Source: an uncultured Actinomycetota bacterium (GTDB lineage: Bacteria; Actinomycetota; Actinomycetes; Propionibacteriales; Nocardioidaceae). Taken from it: 64,000 bases of DNA. Numbering within the stretch: position 1 is the first letter of the stretch; each line of letters begins with the position of its first letter. Below are positions 1 to 20,651 of this stretch, piece after piece. The stretch is taken from contig CAWAZF010000003.1 of NCBI GenBank assembly GCA_963786595.1, positions 351 through 64,350 of the forward strand, read 5' to 3'. The notes below the pieces were generated by a model, which saw only the letters and a program-made list of their open reading frames with translations, did not search any database and was not told where the DNA came from. The translations under genes and the position numbers were made by a program.

Positions 1-4260
<4,260 letters not shown>

Positions 4261-4416
4261 AATTTCACCGGCTAGGCCGGCTCAACATCTTGTTCGATCC
4301 CGACAAACTATTTGCTGACAAATAAATTGTCGGAATTGTTCCATCGATCACGTCGACGAGCCGAAGCTCGTCTCTGCCATCGACGGGGGTATTTCTGATT
4401 AATCTCGTCGACTTTT

Positions 4417-4440
4417 GGCACACTGTTGAGTTCTCAAGGA
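4417..4440 (-). promoter_or_regulatory. rrn leader boxA (TTGAGAACTCAA) plus 5' arm of the 16S processing stem
   Basis: Minus strand reads TCCTTGAGAACTCAACAGTGTGCC and pairs with ITS 2545-2556. Confidence 0.75.
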
Positions 4441-4499
4441 TCAGACGCACACGTCAGCGCTCGGTCTTTCGACCGAAACCGCTTCGGGGCAACTCGTCC

Positions 4500-4528
4500 A
4501 ATTTACACTGCGCGTTTGCGCCGGTCAA
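4500..4528 (-). promoter_or_regulatory. rrn promoter P2 (TTGACC-N17-TAAATT)
   Basis: -35 at 4523-4528, -10 at 4500-4505, exact 17-nt spacer. Confidence 0.8.
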
Positions 4529-4602
4529 ACTGGGATCCTGCCTGGTTCCGGGTACCCGATCCGAGTGGATCTTGCACCCCGTCGTCGCAGGCAACGTCGG
4601 CA

Positions 4603-4631
4603 ACATTAGGCGGTGCGCGGAGGCCGGTCAA
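4603..4631 (-). promoter_or_regulatory. rrn promoter P1 (TTGACC-N17-TAATGT)
   Basis: -35 at 4626-4631, -10 at 4603-4608, exact 17-nt spacer; tandem with P2. Confidence 0.75.
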
Positions 4632-4666
4632 ATCCACCACACCGTGACCCCGGACACATCGCCGGA

Positions 4667-5926
4667 TCAGGTGAGACGCACCCCGGAAACGGAGCGTTTT
4701 CCGCGCCTCAGCACCGCCCAGGAACCATGCAGGAGCTCGGCGCCGGACAGGTCGAGATCCGGGTCGTCGACGCGCTCGTTGTTCAGGTAGGCGCCTCCCT
4801 CGGCGACGGCACGACGCGCGGCGGACCTGCTGTCGACGAGATGCGTGGCCAGGAGAGCGTCCGTGAGCGTGGGTGCGTCCGCCCTCGGGAGGTCGACGGC
4901 ACCGGCCTCGCGGAGGGCGGCGGCGAGCGTTGGCTCCGGCAGGTCAGTGAGCTCACCGCGGCCGAACAGGGCACTCGATGCCAGCTCGGCCGCCTCGACC
5001 TCGGACGGCCCGTGCACGAGTGAGGTGACCTCGGCGGCCAGCCGGCGTTGCGCCGTCCGGAGCCCGGGTGACTCCAGGTGCTCGACCATGAGGGCATCGA
5101 TCTCGTCGAGGGCGAGAAAGGTGAACTGCTTGAGGTACTCGCCCACCTTCGCGTCCTCGGCCTGGATCCATGACTGGTAGAAGGCGTAGGGACTCATCAG
5201 GTCGGCGTCGAGCCACACCGTCCCGGTCTCGGTCTTGCCGAACTTGGTGCCGTCGGCCTTCTCGACGAGCGGTGTCGCGAGGGCGTGCACACGCGCACCT
5301 TCGGCCCGGCGGACGAGCTCGACGCCGGCGGTGATGTTGCCCCACTGGTCGCTGCCACCGGTCTGCAGAACGCAGCCGTGGCGGCGGTGCAGCTCGAGGT
5401 AGTCGAGCGACTGGAGAAGGACGTAGCTGAACTCGGTGTAGCTGATGCCGGACTCGAGGCGGCTGCTGACGACGTCGCGGGCCAGCATCCGGTTGACCGG
5501 AAAGTGCTTGCCGATGTCGCGGAGGTAGTCGAGCACGCCGAGCGACTCGGTCCAGTCGAGGTTGTTGACCATGGTGGCTGCGCTGTCACCCTCCAGGTCG
5601 ACGAACCGGGCGACCTGGTCGCGGATGCGTTCGACCCACGCGGCCACGGTCTCCTTGGTGTTCATGACCCGCTCCCCCGCCTCCTTCGGGTCGCCGACGA
5701 GCCCGGTGGAGCCACCGACCAGGAGAAGCGGGCGGTGGCCGGCGAGCTGGAGCCGGCGTGCGGTGAGGATCTGTAGCAGGTTGCCGACGTGAAGGCTGGG
5801 CGCCGTCGGGTCGAACCCGACGTAGAAGGTGAGGGGTCCGGCCGACAGGGCTTCGCGCAGCGCGTCACGATCCGTCGCGTGCGCGACGAGACCGCGGGCG
5901 TCGAGGTCGTCGAGGACGTGGGTCAC
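4667..5926 (-). CDS. tyrS: Tyrosine--tRNA ligase
   Basis: YVGFDPTAPSLHVGN (HIGH), GGSDQWGNI, KFGKT (KMSKS-like), C-terminal S4 domain. GTG start behind GGAG; alternative ATG at 5965. Confidence 0.97.
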   Translation of the reverse strand: MTHVLDDLDARGLVAHATDRDALREALSAGPLTFYVGFDPTAPSLHVGNLLQILTARRLQLAGHRPLLLVGGSTGLVGDPKEAGERVMNTKETVAAWVERIRDQVARFVDLEGDSAATMVNNLDWTESLGVLDYLRDIGKHFPVNRMLARDVVSSRLESGISYTEFSYVLLQSLDYLELHRRHGCVLQTGGSDQWGNITAGVELVRRAEGARVHALATPLVEKADGTKFGKTETGTVWLDADLMSPYAFYQSWIQAEDAKVGEYLKQFTFLALDEIDALMVEHLESPGLRTAQRRLAAEVTSLVHGPSEVEAAELASSALFGRGELTDLPEPTLAAALREAGAVDLPRADAPTLTDALLATHLVDSRSAARRAVAEGGAYLNNERVDDPDLDLSGAELLHGSWAVLRRGKRSVSGVRLT

Positions 5927-5961
5927 TGGTGCTCCTGGTTCGGCTGTGTCCCGATTCTTGC

Positions 5962-6540
5962 TCATCGGGCGGCGCGGGGGTTGCGGCGGTAGGCCGACAC
6001 GCTGGGCTCGTCGGGAAGCCAGAACCGCCAGGGCACGTCTGCCGCCCGGGAGACGCCCACGCGTGGACCGCTGAGCACGTCATCGGCCGGCGCGACCTCG
6101 GGACCGAGGTGGACGCCTTCGGAGTCCAGCAGGTCGGCGCCGAGGTCATCGAGCGAGAGCCCGAGAGCGGCCGCGAGATTGCCGGGCCCCCGAGCCAGCA
6201 GCTCGTCAGGCGCGTTGCCGCGGCGACTCCTGGCGACGTCGATGCCGTCGACGACGGCCCCCGAACGGATCAGGACCGCGGACGCCTGGTCGGTGGGTCC
6301 GGTCACGACGTTGGCGCAGTGGTGGATGCCGTAGGAGCGGTAGACGTACAGGCGCCACGGCGGGCCGTACATGATCTCCGAGCGCGCGGTGCGGGTGTAG
6401 GCGTGCGATGCCGGATCGTTGATGCCGCCGTACGCCTCGACCTCGGTGATCCTGATCGTGACGCCGTGCCCGTGCAGCAGCCGGCCGAGCAGTCCGCGGG
6501 CACGTGCAATGACATCGAGGGGGACGTCGGGCTCGGCCAT
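5962..6540 (-). CDS. mpg: DNA-3-methyladenine glycosylase (MPG/AAG family)
   Basis: ITEVEAY, YVYRSYGIHHCANVV, ARGPGNL, GPRVGV..PWRF motifs. Confidence 0.93.
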   Translation of the reverse strand: MAEPDVPLDVIARARGLLGRLLHGHGVTIRITEVEAYGGINDPASHAYTRTARSEIMYGPPWRLYVYRSYGIHHCANVVTGPTDQASAVLIRSGAVVDGIDVARSRRGNAPDELLARGPGNLAAALGLSLDDLGADLLDSEGVHLGPEVAPADDVLSGPRVGVSRAADVPWRFWLPDEPSVSAYRRNPRAAR

Positions 6541-6545
6541 CGGGT

Positions 6546-10620
<4,075 letters not shown>

Positions 10621-10624
<4 letters not shown>

Positions 10625-11631
10625 GTCTTCGCCTTGCCGCTCGTGGTGTACACGGCCGTGCGAACACGCGTGGGCACGTCGGGCAGCACCTGGGTGCCGA
10701 CGCCCTCGTCGGTGAAGATCTCCAACAGCACGGAGTGGGGCTCGCGTCCGTCGACGACGGTCGCGCCCCTGACGCCGCCCTCGACCGCCTTCAGGCAGGC
10801 GGTCATCTTCGGGATCATGCCGCTCGCGAGACCGGGGATGAGCTCGGCCAGCGCCTCCGGCGAGATCTCGCCGATGACGTCGGTGCTGTTGGGCCAGTCG
10901 GCGTAGAGCCCTTCGACATCCGTGAGCACGAGCAGCTTCTCGGCATCGAGCGCGATGGCGAGAGCGGCGGCCGCGGTGTCGGCGTTGACGTTGAGCACCC
11001 GGCCGTCGACGTCCGGAGCTACCGAGGAAACCACCGGGATCCGACCGGCCTCGATGAGGTCGAGCACCGCCTCGGGACGCACGGAGATGACCTCACCGAC
11101 CAGGCCGACGTCGACCGGCTGGCCCTCGACGATCGGCATCGTCTTCTCGGCGGTGAACAGTCCCGCGTCCTCGCCGGAGAGCCCGACCGCCAGGGCTCCG
11201 TGCCGGTTGAGCAGGCCTACGAGCTCGCGGCTGACCTGACCGGTGAGCACCATCCGGACGACGTCCATGGCCTCCGGCGTGGTGACGCGCAGCCCGGCGC
11301 GGAACTCCGACTCGATGCCGAGCCGGTCGAGCATCGCGCTGATCTGTGGGCCGCCGCCGTGCACCACGACCGGGTGGAAGCCGGCGAGCCGCAGGAAGAC
11401 GATGTCCTCCGCGAACGCCTCCTTCAGCCGGTCGTCGGTCATGGCGTTGCCGCCGTACTTCACCACGACGATCTTGCCGTGATACTTCTTCAGCCACGGG
11501 AGGGCCTCGGCGAGGATGCCGGCCTTGACGGTCGCCTGCTTCCACGTCTCCGGGCTGTGCCCGTAGTCGGGGTCGACCTCGAGGTCGAGGTCGGGTGCGG
11601 AGTCATCCGGATGCTTCATCGTCTCGCTCAT
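10621..11631 (-). CDS. argB: Acetylglutamate kinase
   Basis: [31 protein letters not shown]; acidic N-terminal extension of about 30 aa. Confidence 0.97.
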
Positions 11632-12772
11632 GTCGAGTAGGCCGAGTTCTCGTGGACGTAGGCGTGGGTGAGGTCGTTGGTCCAGATCGAGGCGCGTGCG
11701 TCGCCGGCCTTGAGGTCGACCGTCACGCTGACGGCCCGCTCCTCGAGGCTGACGGCGGTGGGTGACTCCCCCGGGCCGCTGTTGCGGCACACCCAGACAT
11801 CGTTCAGGGCGACGTCGAGGTCCGCCGGGTCGAACGCCGCGTTTGTGGTGCCCACCGAGGCCAGCACGCGGCCCCAGTTCGGGTCCTTGCCGAAGATCGC
11901 GCACTTGAACAGGTTGCTGCGGGCGATGGAGCGTCCGACGTCGACGGCATCGTCCTCGGTGGCCGCGTTGAGGACGTCGATGGTGATCTCGTGGTCGGCG
12001 CCCTCGGCGTCGGCCAGCAGCTGCATCGCGAGGTCGTGGCACACCGCACGGAGCGCCTCGGCGAACTCGGCCGGGTCGGGGCTCTGGCCCGACGCGCCGC
12101 TCGCCATCAGCAGCACGGTGTCGTTGGTGGACTGGCAGCCGTCGGAGTCGAGCCGGTCGAACGTCGTGCGGGTGGCCGCGCGCAGGGCGGCTTCGGCCTG
12201 ACCGGGGTCGAGCACGGCGTCGGTGGTGACGACCACGAGCATCGTGGCGAGCGCCGGGGCGAGCATGCCGGCACCCTTGGCCATGCCGCCGACGGTGTAG
12301 CCGTCACGCGTCACCACGGACTGCTTCGGGACGGAGTCGGTGGTCATGATCGCCTCGGCCGCAGCCTGACCTCCGTCGGGCTGGAGCAGCTCGAGTGCGC
12401 CTCGGACGCCGGTGAGCAGGTGGTCACGATCGTTGAGCAGGCCGATGAGGCCGGTCGAGCACACCTGAACATCGACCGCGCCGATGCCGAGCCCCTCGGC
12501 TGCCGTCTCGGCGGTCGCGTGGGTGGTGGCGAAGCCCTCCGGGCCCGTGTAGCAGTTGGCGCCACCGGAGTTGATGACGACGGCCCGCGCCGATCCGCCC
12601 TTGATGGCCTCCTGGCTCCAGAGGACCGGGTTGGCCTTGCAGCGGTTGCCGGTGAAGACGGCGGCCGCCGTCGACGACGGTCCGTCGTTGACGACCACGG
12701 CGACGTCGGACGCGCCACTGGACTTGAGGCCCGCGGCGACGCCGGAGGCCCGGAACCCCTGGGCCGCGGTGA

Positions 12773-12779
<7 letters not shown>
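11628..12779 (-). CDS. argJ: Bifunctional ornithine acetyltransferase / N-acetylglutamate synthase
   Basis: [40 protein letters not shown]. Confidence 0.97.
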
Positions 12780-15340
<2,561 letters not shown>

Positions 15341-15347
15341 TCACATT

Positions 15348-15373
15348 CTTGCACATCTCTGCAAGTTCTTGCA
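15348..15373. promoter_or_regulatory. ARG box (ArgR operator) upstream of argG: 18-bp palindrome plus a partial second box
   Basis: CTTGCA-CATCTC-TGCAAG at 15348-15365; TTCTTGCA repeats with 20-bp period (15346 and 15366); 10 nt upstream of the first gene of an operon containing argR. Confidence 0.7.
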
Positions 15374-15440
15374 GTGCGGGTTCCGGAGGTCTGCGCCAAT
15401 CGGAAGACCCGTCGCCCCGCGCCGCCCTAATGTATGGGCC

Positions 15441-17228
15441 ATGAGGCGGATCCTGCTGCGAGTGTTCGCGATCCTCGCGGTCGGTGCACTGCTGTTCATC
15501 CCCCTGCTCGCCGGACTCATCCCCTCGACCCAGTCGTCGTCGCCGGACCCCGTGCGCATCACCCAGTACGACGCGGACTACCGGATCGACGCGGAGGGCA
15601 CGCTCACCGCCAAGGAGACGCTCATCGGCGACTTCCCGTACGGCCGCCATGGCATCTTCCGGTACTGGGACCTCAAGGACTTCGGCGACGAGCACGTGCG
15701 CCTCGTCCCGAAGAAGATCGAGATCACGCGGGACGGCGAGGGCGAGCCGGTGGACATGCTCTGGGAGAACGGGCGCAGGTTCCGGGTGGCCAAGGTCGGC
15801 GACGCCGAAGTGACGCTCAGCCCCGGCAAGCACACCTATGTGATCACCTATCGGATCCGCGGAGCGCTCGCGCCCGCGTCGATCGAGGCCGGCACGTCGT
15901 CGAGCTGGAGCGTGGAGGCCTCGAAGAGGTCGGTCTTCAACTGGCAGGTCGTCGCCGGCGGCTGGGCCATGGCGATGGACCGCGCCACGATCACGGTCGA
16001 GCTGCCTGAGGCGACCGGCGATGCGAAGTGCGCGATCCGGGACGGCAGGGCGTGCACCGTCACGGGTGCCGGTACCGACGCCCTCACCATCAGCGCCAAG
16101 AACCTCCCGCCGTACACGCCCGTGACCCTGCGTGCCGACGTGCCCGTGCCGACACCGGACCGGCCGAGCGTCCCGTGGGACATCGGCTACGACCGGCTGC
16201 TCGGACGCAGCGAAGTGGCCGCGATCGTCGTCGGCATCCTGGGAGCGGTGGCCCTCATCGTCGGCTACGCCTGGGACCGGCGCGCTCGCGAGCGTCAACC
16301 CGGCTATCCGGTCATGTACGAGCCGCCCGCCGGCCTCGGACCCGTGCAGACGGCGTTCGTGACGACCGAGCAGGTGCCCGCCAAGGCTCTCACTGCCACG
16401 CTGCTCTACCAGGCCGCACAGGGGCTCACCAAGCTCACGCAGGACGGCGACGACTGGATCATCGAGGGCATCGGCGACGAGAAGGCCTGGGCCGCCACGG
16501 ATGACGTCACCCGGCACGTCGGCTCGAGCCTCGGCGTCACCACACCCGGTTCGAGGTTCGAGGCCGACGGCACGGTGTCGGCCGGCAGCACGCTGCAGTC
16601 GCTCAAGTCGAGCATCGACACCGTCACCGACACCTGGGCCACGGCCGCGGGCGTCCAGAGCCCGGCCAGGTCGGAACGGCTCGGCCGGGTGCTAGTCGGC
16701 GCCTCGGCGCTGCTCGCCGTGGTGCTCACGTTCTTCCCGCTGGGGAGCTCCCTCTACGTGATCCCGTTCGCGGCCTTCACGGTCGGTGCCATCGGCCTGC
16801 TGGTGCCCGGTGTCGGCCGCCGTCGCACCCTGCTCGGCCGCGACGTGTGGTCGAAGGCCGGTGGCTTCGAGCGGCTGCTCTCGACCGACTCCGCGAAGGA
16901 CCGGTTCGACTTCAGCGGAAAGCGCGACCTGTACACCGCGTACATCCCCTTCGCGGTGGCGTTCGACTGCGCCGACCGCTGGGCCCGCAAGTACGAGAAA
17001 GCCACCGGCACCGAAGCGCCCACGCCCGAGTGGTACTCCGGCGGCACCGCCTCCGGGCAGCACTCGTTCTTCGGCGGCTCCGGCCCGTCGTTCTCCAGCT
17101 TCGAGTCCTCGCTGTCATCGTCCATCTCCGCGTACGCCGCGACCCAGTCGTCGTCCTCCTCCGGTGGCGGTGGAGGCGGCGGCGGTGGTGGCGGCGGTGG
17201 AGGCGGCGGTGGCGGAGGCTCCTGGTAA
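15441..17228 (+). CDS. DUF2207-family membrane protein
   Basis: N-terminal TM/signal helix, ITQYDADYRIDAEG, RHGIFRY, TM helices, YTAYIPFAVAF, terminal poly-Gly-SW; TAATGT 7 nt before the ATG (leaderless). Confidence 0.85.
   Translation: MRRILLRVFAILAVGALLFIPLLAGLIPSTQSSSPDPVRITQYDADYRIDAEGTLTAKETLIGDFPYGRHGIFRYWDLKDFGDEHVRLVPKKIEITRDGEGEPVDMLWENGRRFRVAKVGDAEVTLSPGKHTYVITYRIRGALAPASIEAGTSSSWSVEASKRSVFNWQVVAGGWAMAMDRATITVELPEATGDAKCAIRDGRACTVTGAGTDALTISAKNLPPYTPVTLRADVPVPTPDRPSVPWDIGYDRLLGRSEVAAIVVGILGAVALIVGYAWDRRARERQPGYPVMYEPPAGLGPVQTAFVTTEQVPAKALTATLLYQAAQGLTKLTQDGDDWIIEGIGDEKAWAATDDVTRHVGSSLGVTTPGSRFEADGTVSAGSTLQSLKSSIDTVTDTWATAAGVQSPARSERLGRVLVGASALLAVVLTFFPLGSSLYVIPFAAFTVGAIGLLVPGVGRRRTLLGRDVWSKAGGFERLLSTDSAKDRFDFSGKRDLYTAYIPFAVAFDCADRWARKYEKATGTEAPTPEWYSGGTASGQHSFFGGSGPSFSSFESSLSSSISAYAATQSSSSSGGGGGGGGGGGGGGGGGGGSW
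17163..17219 (+). repeat. (GGN)19 glycine-codon run
   Basis: 19 consecutive Gly codons (mixed GGC/GGT/GGA) before TCC TGG TAA. Confidence 0.9.
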
Positions 17229-17261
17229 GCCCGCAGCACCCATCCCACGAGGAGAAGCACC

Positions 17262-17819
17262 ATGACCCTGATCATCATCCTGGCCGCGGCTGCGGCCCTG
17301 GTCCTGTTCGGCATCTACGCGTTCAACAAGCTGCGTCGCGCCGACATCGCCTGCGAGGAGGCGCTCGGGGGCATCGACGTCCAGCTCACCCGGCGTGCCG
17401 ACCTGATCCCGAATCTCGTCAACGCCGTCAAGGGCTACGCGGCGCACGAGCGCGCGGTCTTCGACGAGGTGACCGCCGCACGCGCCGGCGTCGCGAAGGC
17501 GGCCGAGCGCGGAACGGTCGCGGATAAGGCCGTCGCGGAGGCTCGACTCGACAAGGCGATCTTCGACGTGCTCGCCGTGGCCGAGGCGTACCCCGACCTC
17601 AAGGCGTCGGTCAACTTCCAGCAGCTGCAGACCGACCTGACCGAGACCGAGAACCAGCTCTCGTTCGCGCGGCAGTTCTACAACGACGCCGTCAAGAGCC
17701 TGAACAATCTCGTCAAGACGATCCCGTGGATGTTCTTCACCGGCATTGCGAGCGTTCACGAGCGGGAGTTCTACGACGCACCCGGCGGCCAGGAGGCACC
17801 GCCCGCCGTCCAGTTCTGA
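17262..17819 (+). CDS. lemA: LemA family protein
   Basis: N-terminal TM, IDVQLTRRADLIPNLV, EAYPDLKAS, ENQLSFARQFYN. Confidence 0.93.
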   Translation: MTLIIILAAAAALVLFGIYAFNKLRRADIACEEALGGIDVQLTRRADLIPNLVNAVKGYAAHERAVFDEVTAARAGVAKAAERGTVADKAVAEARLDKAIFDVLAVAEAYPDLKASVNFQQLQTDLTETENQLSFARQFYNDAVKSLNNLVKTIPWMFFTGIASVHEREFYDAPGGQEAPPAVQF

Positions 17820-17848
17820 CCGTCGGCGGCCGGCGGTAGCGTTCGGAC

Positions 17849-18181
17849 ATGGCCTACGACGAAGATCTCGCCGCTCGCATCCGGGAGCTCCTCGGAGACG
17901 AGCCCGGCCTCGTGGAGAAGAAGATGTTCGGCGGCCTGGCGTTCTTGATCAACGGCAACATGTCGGTCGCCGCCAGTGGGCAGGGCGGCTTGCTCCTCAG
18001 GACGTCGCCGGACCACGCCGAGTCACTGCTCGTGGTCAAGCACGCCGCGCCCATGGTGATGCGGGGTCGCGAGGTCAAGGGGTGGTTGCGGATCGATCCC
18101 GAGGGCGTGCGGACCAACGACCAGCTCCGGGGATGGGTCACGCGCGGCGTGGCCTACGCGAGGAGCCTGCCGCCCAAGTAG
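17849..18181 (+). CDS. TfoX N-terminal-domain protein
   Basis: MAYDEDLAARIRE, EKKMFGGLAFLINGNM; TAGCGT 6 nt before the ATG. Confidence 0.85.
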   Translation: MAYDEDLAARIRELLGDEPGLVEKKMFGGLAFLINGNMSVAASGQGGLLLRTSPDHAESLLVVKHAAPMVMRGREVKGWLRIDPEGVRTNDQLRGWVTRGVAYARSLPPK

Positions 18182-18185
18182 CCCG

Positions 18186-20651
18186 TCAGGTGCGCAGGGT
18201 CGCGCCGGCGGCTGTTGCGGCAGCCGCGACAGCAGCGTCGCGGGCCGCACGGATGTCATCGTCGGTGAGAGTGCGATCCGGGGCCCGCAGGCGCAACGCG
18301 AAGGCGAGCGACTTCTTGCCCGCCGGAACCTGATCACCGACGTAGACGTCGAACAGTCGCACGGACTCGATGAGCGGGCTCGCGTCCGCGAGCGCGTCGT
18401 GGACGACCAGCGACGGGATCGCATCGTCCACGACCAGGGCGAGGTCCTCCTTCGCGACTGGGAACGTCGAGAACCGCGGTCGTGGGCCGAGCTCGGGAGC
18501 CGCCTGGATGAGCGCGTCGAGGTCGATCTCGGCCGCGGCCACCGGTCCGGAGAAGCCGTACTGCCTCGCAACCCGGGGGTGCAGCTCGCCGGCGTGTCCG
18601 ATGACGGACCCGTCGACCAGCAGTGCGGCGCATCGACCCCGGTGCCATGGCGCACGCTCCGCAGGCTCCACGGTGAGCCGCAGATGCACCGCCGCTGCCA
18701 CGCGCTGGGCGACCGCCACGGCATCGCCCCAGGTAGCGGGACGTCCGGGGCCGGCCCATCCGCTCCGCAGGCGCTCCCCACCGATGACGTAGGCGACGTG
18801 CTGCGGCTGCGACGGCAGGGCTGCGGCGAAGGCCGCGAGCTCCTCTTCGGTGGGACGGCGGTCGACCCCGTAGATCGGCGCCGCCTGCGCGCCGGGCTGC
18901 GGCGTGAACACGCGGCCCGTCTCGACGATCTGCACATCCGTGTGACCCCGACCGAGATTCAGCTCGGCCGCGGACAGCAGTCCGGACAGCAGCGTCGTGG
19001 TCATGCCCGGCCGCTCGGCCGACAAGGGGTTCTCCAGCAGCACCTGGCGGCGGCGGGTGTCGTCAGCGGGCAGACCTAGCCTGTCGAAGTCGGACGGACC
19101 GGCAAAGGGGAACGTCTTGACCTCCACGAGGCCCGCACCGGCGAGCACCATGCCGACGCGTCGACGGAGCACCTGGCCGGTGGTCAGCCCACGTCCCGCG
19201 GGCGCCGGCGGCAGCGCGGACGGGACCTGGTCATAGCCGACGACGCGCAGTACGTCCTCGACGAGGTCGTACGGATCGGTGAGGTCGAACCGCCAGCTCG
19301 GCGGGGTCGCCGTGACCGAGCCGGAGTCGAGGGTGACGACGCATCCGTTGCCCTCGAGCGCCGTCACGACCGTCGACGCGTCGATCTCGACGCCGGAGAC
19401 CCGGGTCGGCAGGTCGACGTCGATGGTGACGGGCGACCGCTCGGAGGCCTCGCCGACGACGGTCAGTCCATCACCGATGACGCCGCCGCCGTGCTCGACG
19501 AGAAGCTCCGCCACCCGCTGCGTGGCGCGGGCCGGAAGTGCCGGGTCGACCCCTCGCTCGTAGCGCTTCGACGCCTCGGAGATCAGCCGGTGCAACCGCG
19601 ACGTGCGGGCGATCATGCCGGCCTTCCAGTGCGCAGCCTCGATCAAGAGGTCGGTCGTGGCGGTCGACAGCTCGGTCTCCGCCCCACCCATGACGCCGGC
19701 CAGGCCGATGGGTCCCCGGTCATCGCACACAACGGTGTCGTCGACGGAGAGCGTGCGCTCGACGCCGTCGAGCGTGGTGAGCTTCTCGTTCTCGGTCGCT
19801 CGCCGCACGACGATGCCGCCCTGCAGCGACGGGAGGTCGTAACCGTGGATCGGGTGGCCGAGCTCGAGCATGACGTAGTTCGTGACGTCGACCGCCAGCG
19901 AGATCGAGCGCATGCCGGCCTGCTCGAGGCGTTGCGCCATCCATGTCGGCGTCGGGCGGGAGGGGTCGAAGCCGGTGACGGTGCGTGCCGCGAACACCGG
20001 GCACGCGTCCGGGTCGTCGACCCGCACCGGGAAGCCCTCGCCCGTGAAGGGGACGACCAGATCCGCGGGATCGGCGAACGGCAGGTCGAACGCCAGTGCG
20101 GTGTCCCGGGCGACGCCCCGCATCGAGAGCGCGTAACCGCGGTCCGGATTGACCTCGAGCTCGAGCACCTCGTCGTGCAGGCCGAGCAGGGCCGCGGCAT
20201 CGTCGCCGGGTTCGGCTACGGCATCCAGCACGAGGATGCCACTCGCCTCACCGAGCAGTCCGAGCTCCGGCGGTGAGCAGATCATGCCGTCGGAGGTGTG
20301 CCCGTAGGTCTTGCGCGCGGCGATGGCAAACCCGCCGGGGAGCACTGCACCGGGTAGCGCGACGACGACGAGGTCGCCGGCGCCGAAGTTGTGGGCGCCG
20401 CAGACGATGCCGCGCGGCTCACGCTCCCCCACGTCGACCGAGCACCAGTGGATCGTCTTGCCGTTCTTCTGCGGCTCGGGTTCCTCGCTCAGCACGCGGC
20501 CCACGACGAGTGGGCCCTCGAGGCCGGCGGCGGCGGTGTGGATCTCTTCGAGCTTGAGGTCGAACGTGGTGAGGCGGGCGGCCAGCTGAACCGTGTCGAC
20601 CTCGTCCGGCAGGTCCACCAGCTCGCGCAGCCAGGCGACGGGCACGCGCAT
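18186..20651 (-). CDS. pheT: Phenylalanine--tRNA ligase beta subunit
   Basis: MRVPVAWL, IVCGAHN, GMICS, ELEVNPDRGYALS, FDVYVG..KSLAF. Confidence 0.97.
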   Translation of the reverse strand: MRVPVAWLRELVDLPDEVDTVQLAARLTTFDLKLEEIHTAAAGLEGPLVVGRVLSEEPEPQKNGKTIHWCSVDVGEREPRGIVCGAHNFGAGDLVVVALPGAVLPGGFAIAARKTYGHTSDGMICSPPELGLLGEASGILVLDAVAEPGDDAAALLGLHDEVLELEVNPDRGYALSMRGVARDTALAFDLPFADPADLVVPFTGEGFPVRVDDPDACPVFAARTVTGFDPSRPTPTWMAQRLEQAGMRSISLAVDVTNYVMLELGHPIHGYDLPSLQGGIVVRRATENEKLTTLDGVERTLSVDDTVVCDDRGPIGLAGVMGGAETELSTATTDLLIEAAHWKAGMIARTSRLHRLISEASKRYERGVDPALPARATQRVAELLVEHGGGVIGDGLTVVGEASERSPVTIDVDLPTRVSGVEIDASTVVTALEGNGCVVTLDSGSVTATPPSWRFDLTDPYDLVEDVLRVVGYDQVPSALPPAPAGRGLTTGQVLRRRVGMVLAGAGLVEVKTFPFAGPSDFDRLGLPADDTRRRQVLLENPLSAERPGMTTTLLSGLLSAAELNLGRGHTDVQIVETGRVFTPQPGAQAAPIYGVDRRPTEEELAAFAAALPSQPQHVAYVIGGERLRSGWAGPGRPATWGDAVAVAQRVAAAVHLRLTVEPAERAPWHRGRCAALLVDGSVIGHAGELHPRVARQYGFSGPVAAAEIDLDALIQAAPELGPRPRFSTFPVAKEDLALVVDDAIPSLVVHDALADASPLIESVRLFDVYVGDQVPAGKKSLAFALRLRAPDRTLTDDDIRAARDAAVAAAATAAGATLRT

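Noticed and set aside
4299-4333. Long AT-rich hairpin in the rrn leader as a separate ncRNA
   Set aside because: Explained as ordinary pre-rRNA leader structure.
17163-17219. (GGN)19 run as a phase-variation tract or G-quadruplex switch
   Set aside because: In-frame mixed codons; a poly-Gly-x-W tail is typical of DUF2207 proteins.
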